A DNA stretch of 64,000 bases, taken from positions 1,152,001-1,216,000 of the forward strand of contig OZ241869.1 of the NCBI GenBank assembly GCA_965202805.1, read 5' to 3'. Position numbers and translations under genes: made by a program. The DNA comes from Longimicrobiales bacterium (lineage in GTDB: Bacteria; Gemmatimonadota; Gemmatimonadetes; Longimicrobiales; Gaopeijiaceae). The notes under the pieces are model-generated. The model saw only the letters and a program-made list of their open reading frames with translations, was not told the origin of the DNA and searched no databases. This document shows, piece after piece, positions 63,896 through 64,000 of the stretch (its first letter is position 1; each line of letters opens with the position of its first letter).

Positions 63896-64000
63896 GGCTG
63901 GCGGACTCCCTGTTGGGCGGCGGGACTCGCCTTGGTCCCGTCGCGCGGACTAGATTCGAGCGTGCAACCGCTGTCCAGAACCCCTTCGGACACATCCCGG

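Noticed and set aside
63896..64000. 3' end of a gene upstream of glmM
   Set aside because: Too little sequence to choose a frame or assign a product.

Overview
Very GC-rich bacterial chromosomal window. Gene content and order suggest Gemmatimonadota (inference, not tested). Bases 1-13.3 kb form a mixed-strand accessory region: NfuA, exported M81 peptidase and acetamidase, PPTase, PQQ dehydrogenase, DUF819, Sel1, AAA-DUF4143 and two toxin-antitoxin-like remnants. From 13.4 to 64 kb the window is almost entirely minus-strand housekeeping, read in transcription order: glmM-glmS-dtd-maf-glpK; ccmE-F-x-A-B-C-D; recA-alaS-x-cca-rarA-hflX-pdxJ-x-ispE-tRNA-Gln-x-prs-rplY-pth-hppA-M20; rpsF/rpsR-DUF2232-rplI-rsfS-x-smc-aroF. 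The one plus-strand cassette is DUF547 plus two glycosyltransferases. Main observations: (1) a complete, tightly coupled nurA-herA-sbcD(mre11)-sbcC(rad50) operon joined to the end of smc-aroF and ending against a decayed PIN toxin; (2) a single ORF fusing ribosomal proteins S6 and S18; (3) probable ATA and ATC start codons behind strong Shine-Dalgarno sites; (4) a CxxxY-type CcmE (System I*). No CRISPR array, rRNA, integrase or transposase was seen. All calls come from reading motifs by eye; no database searches were run.
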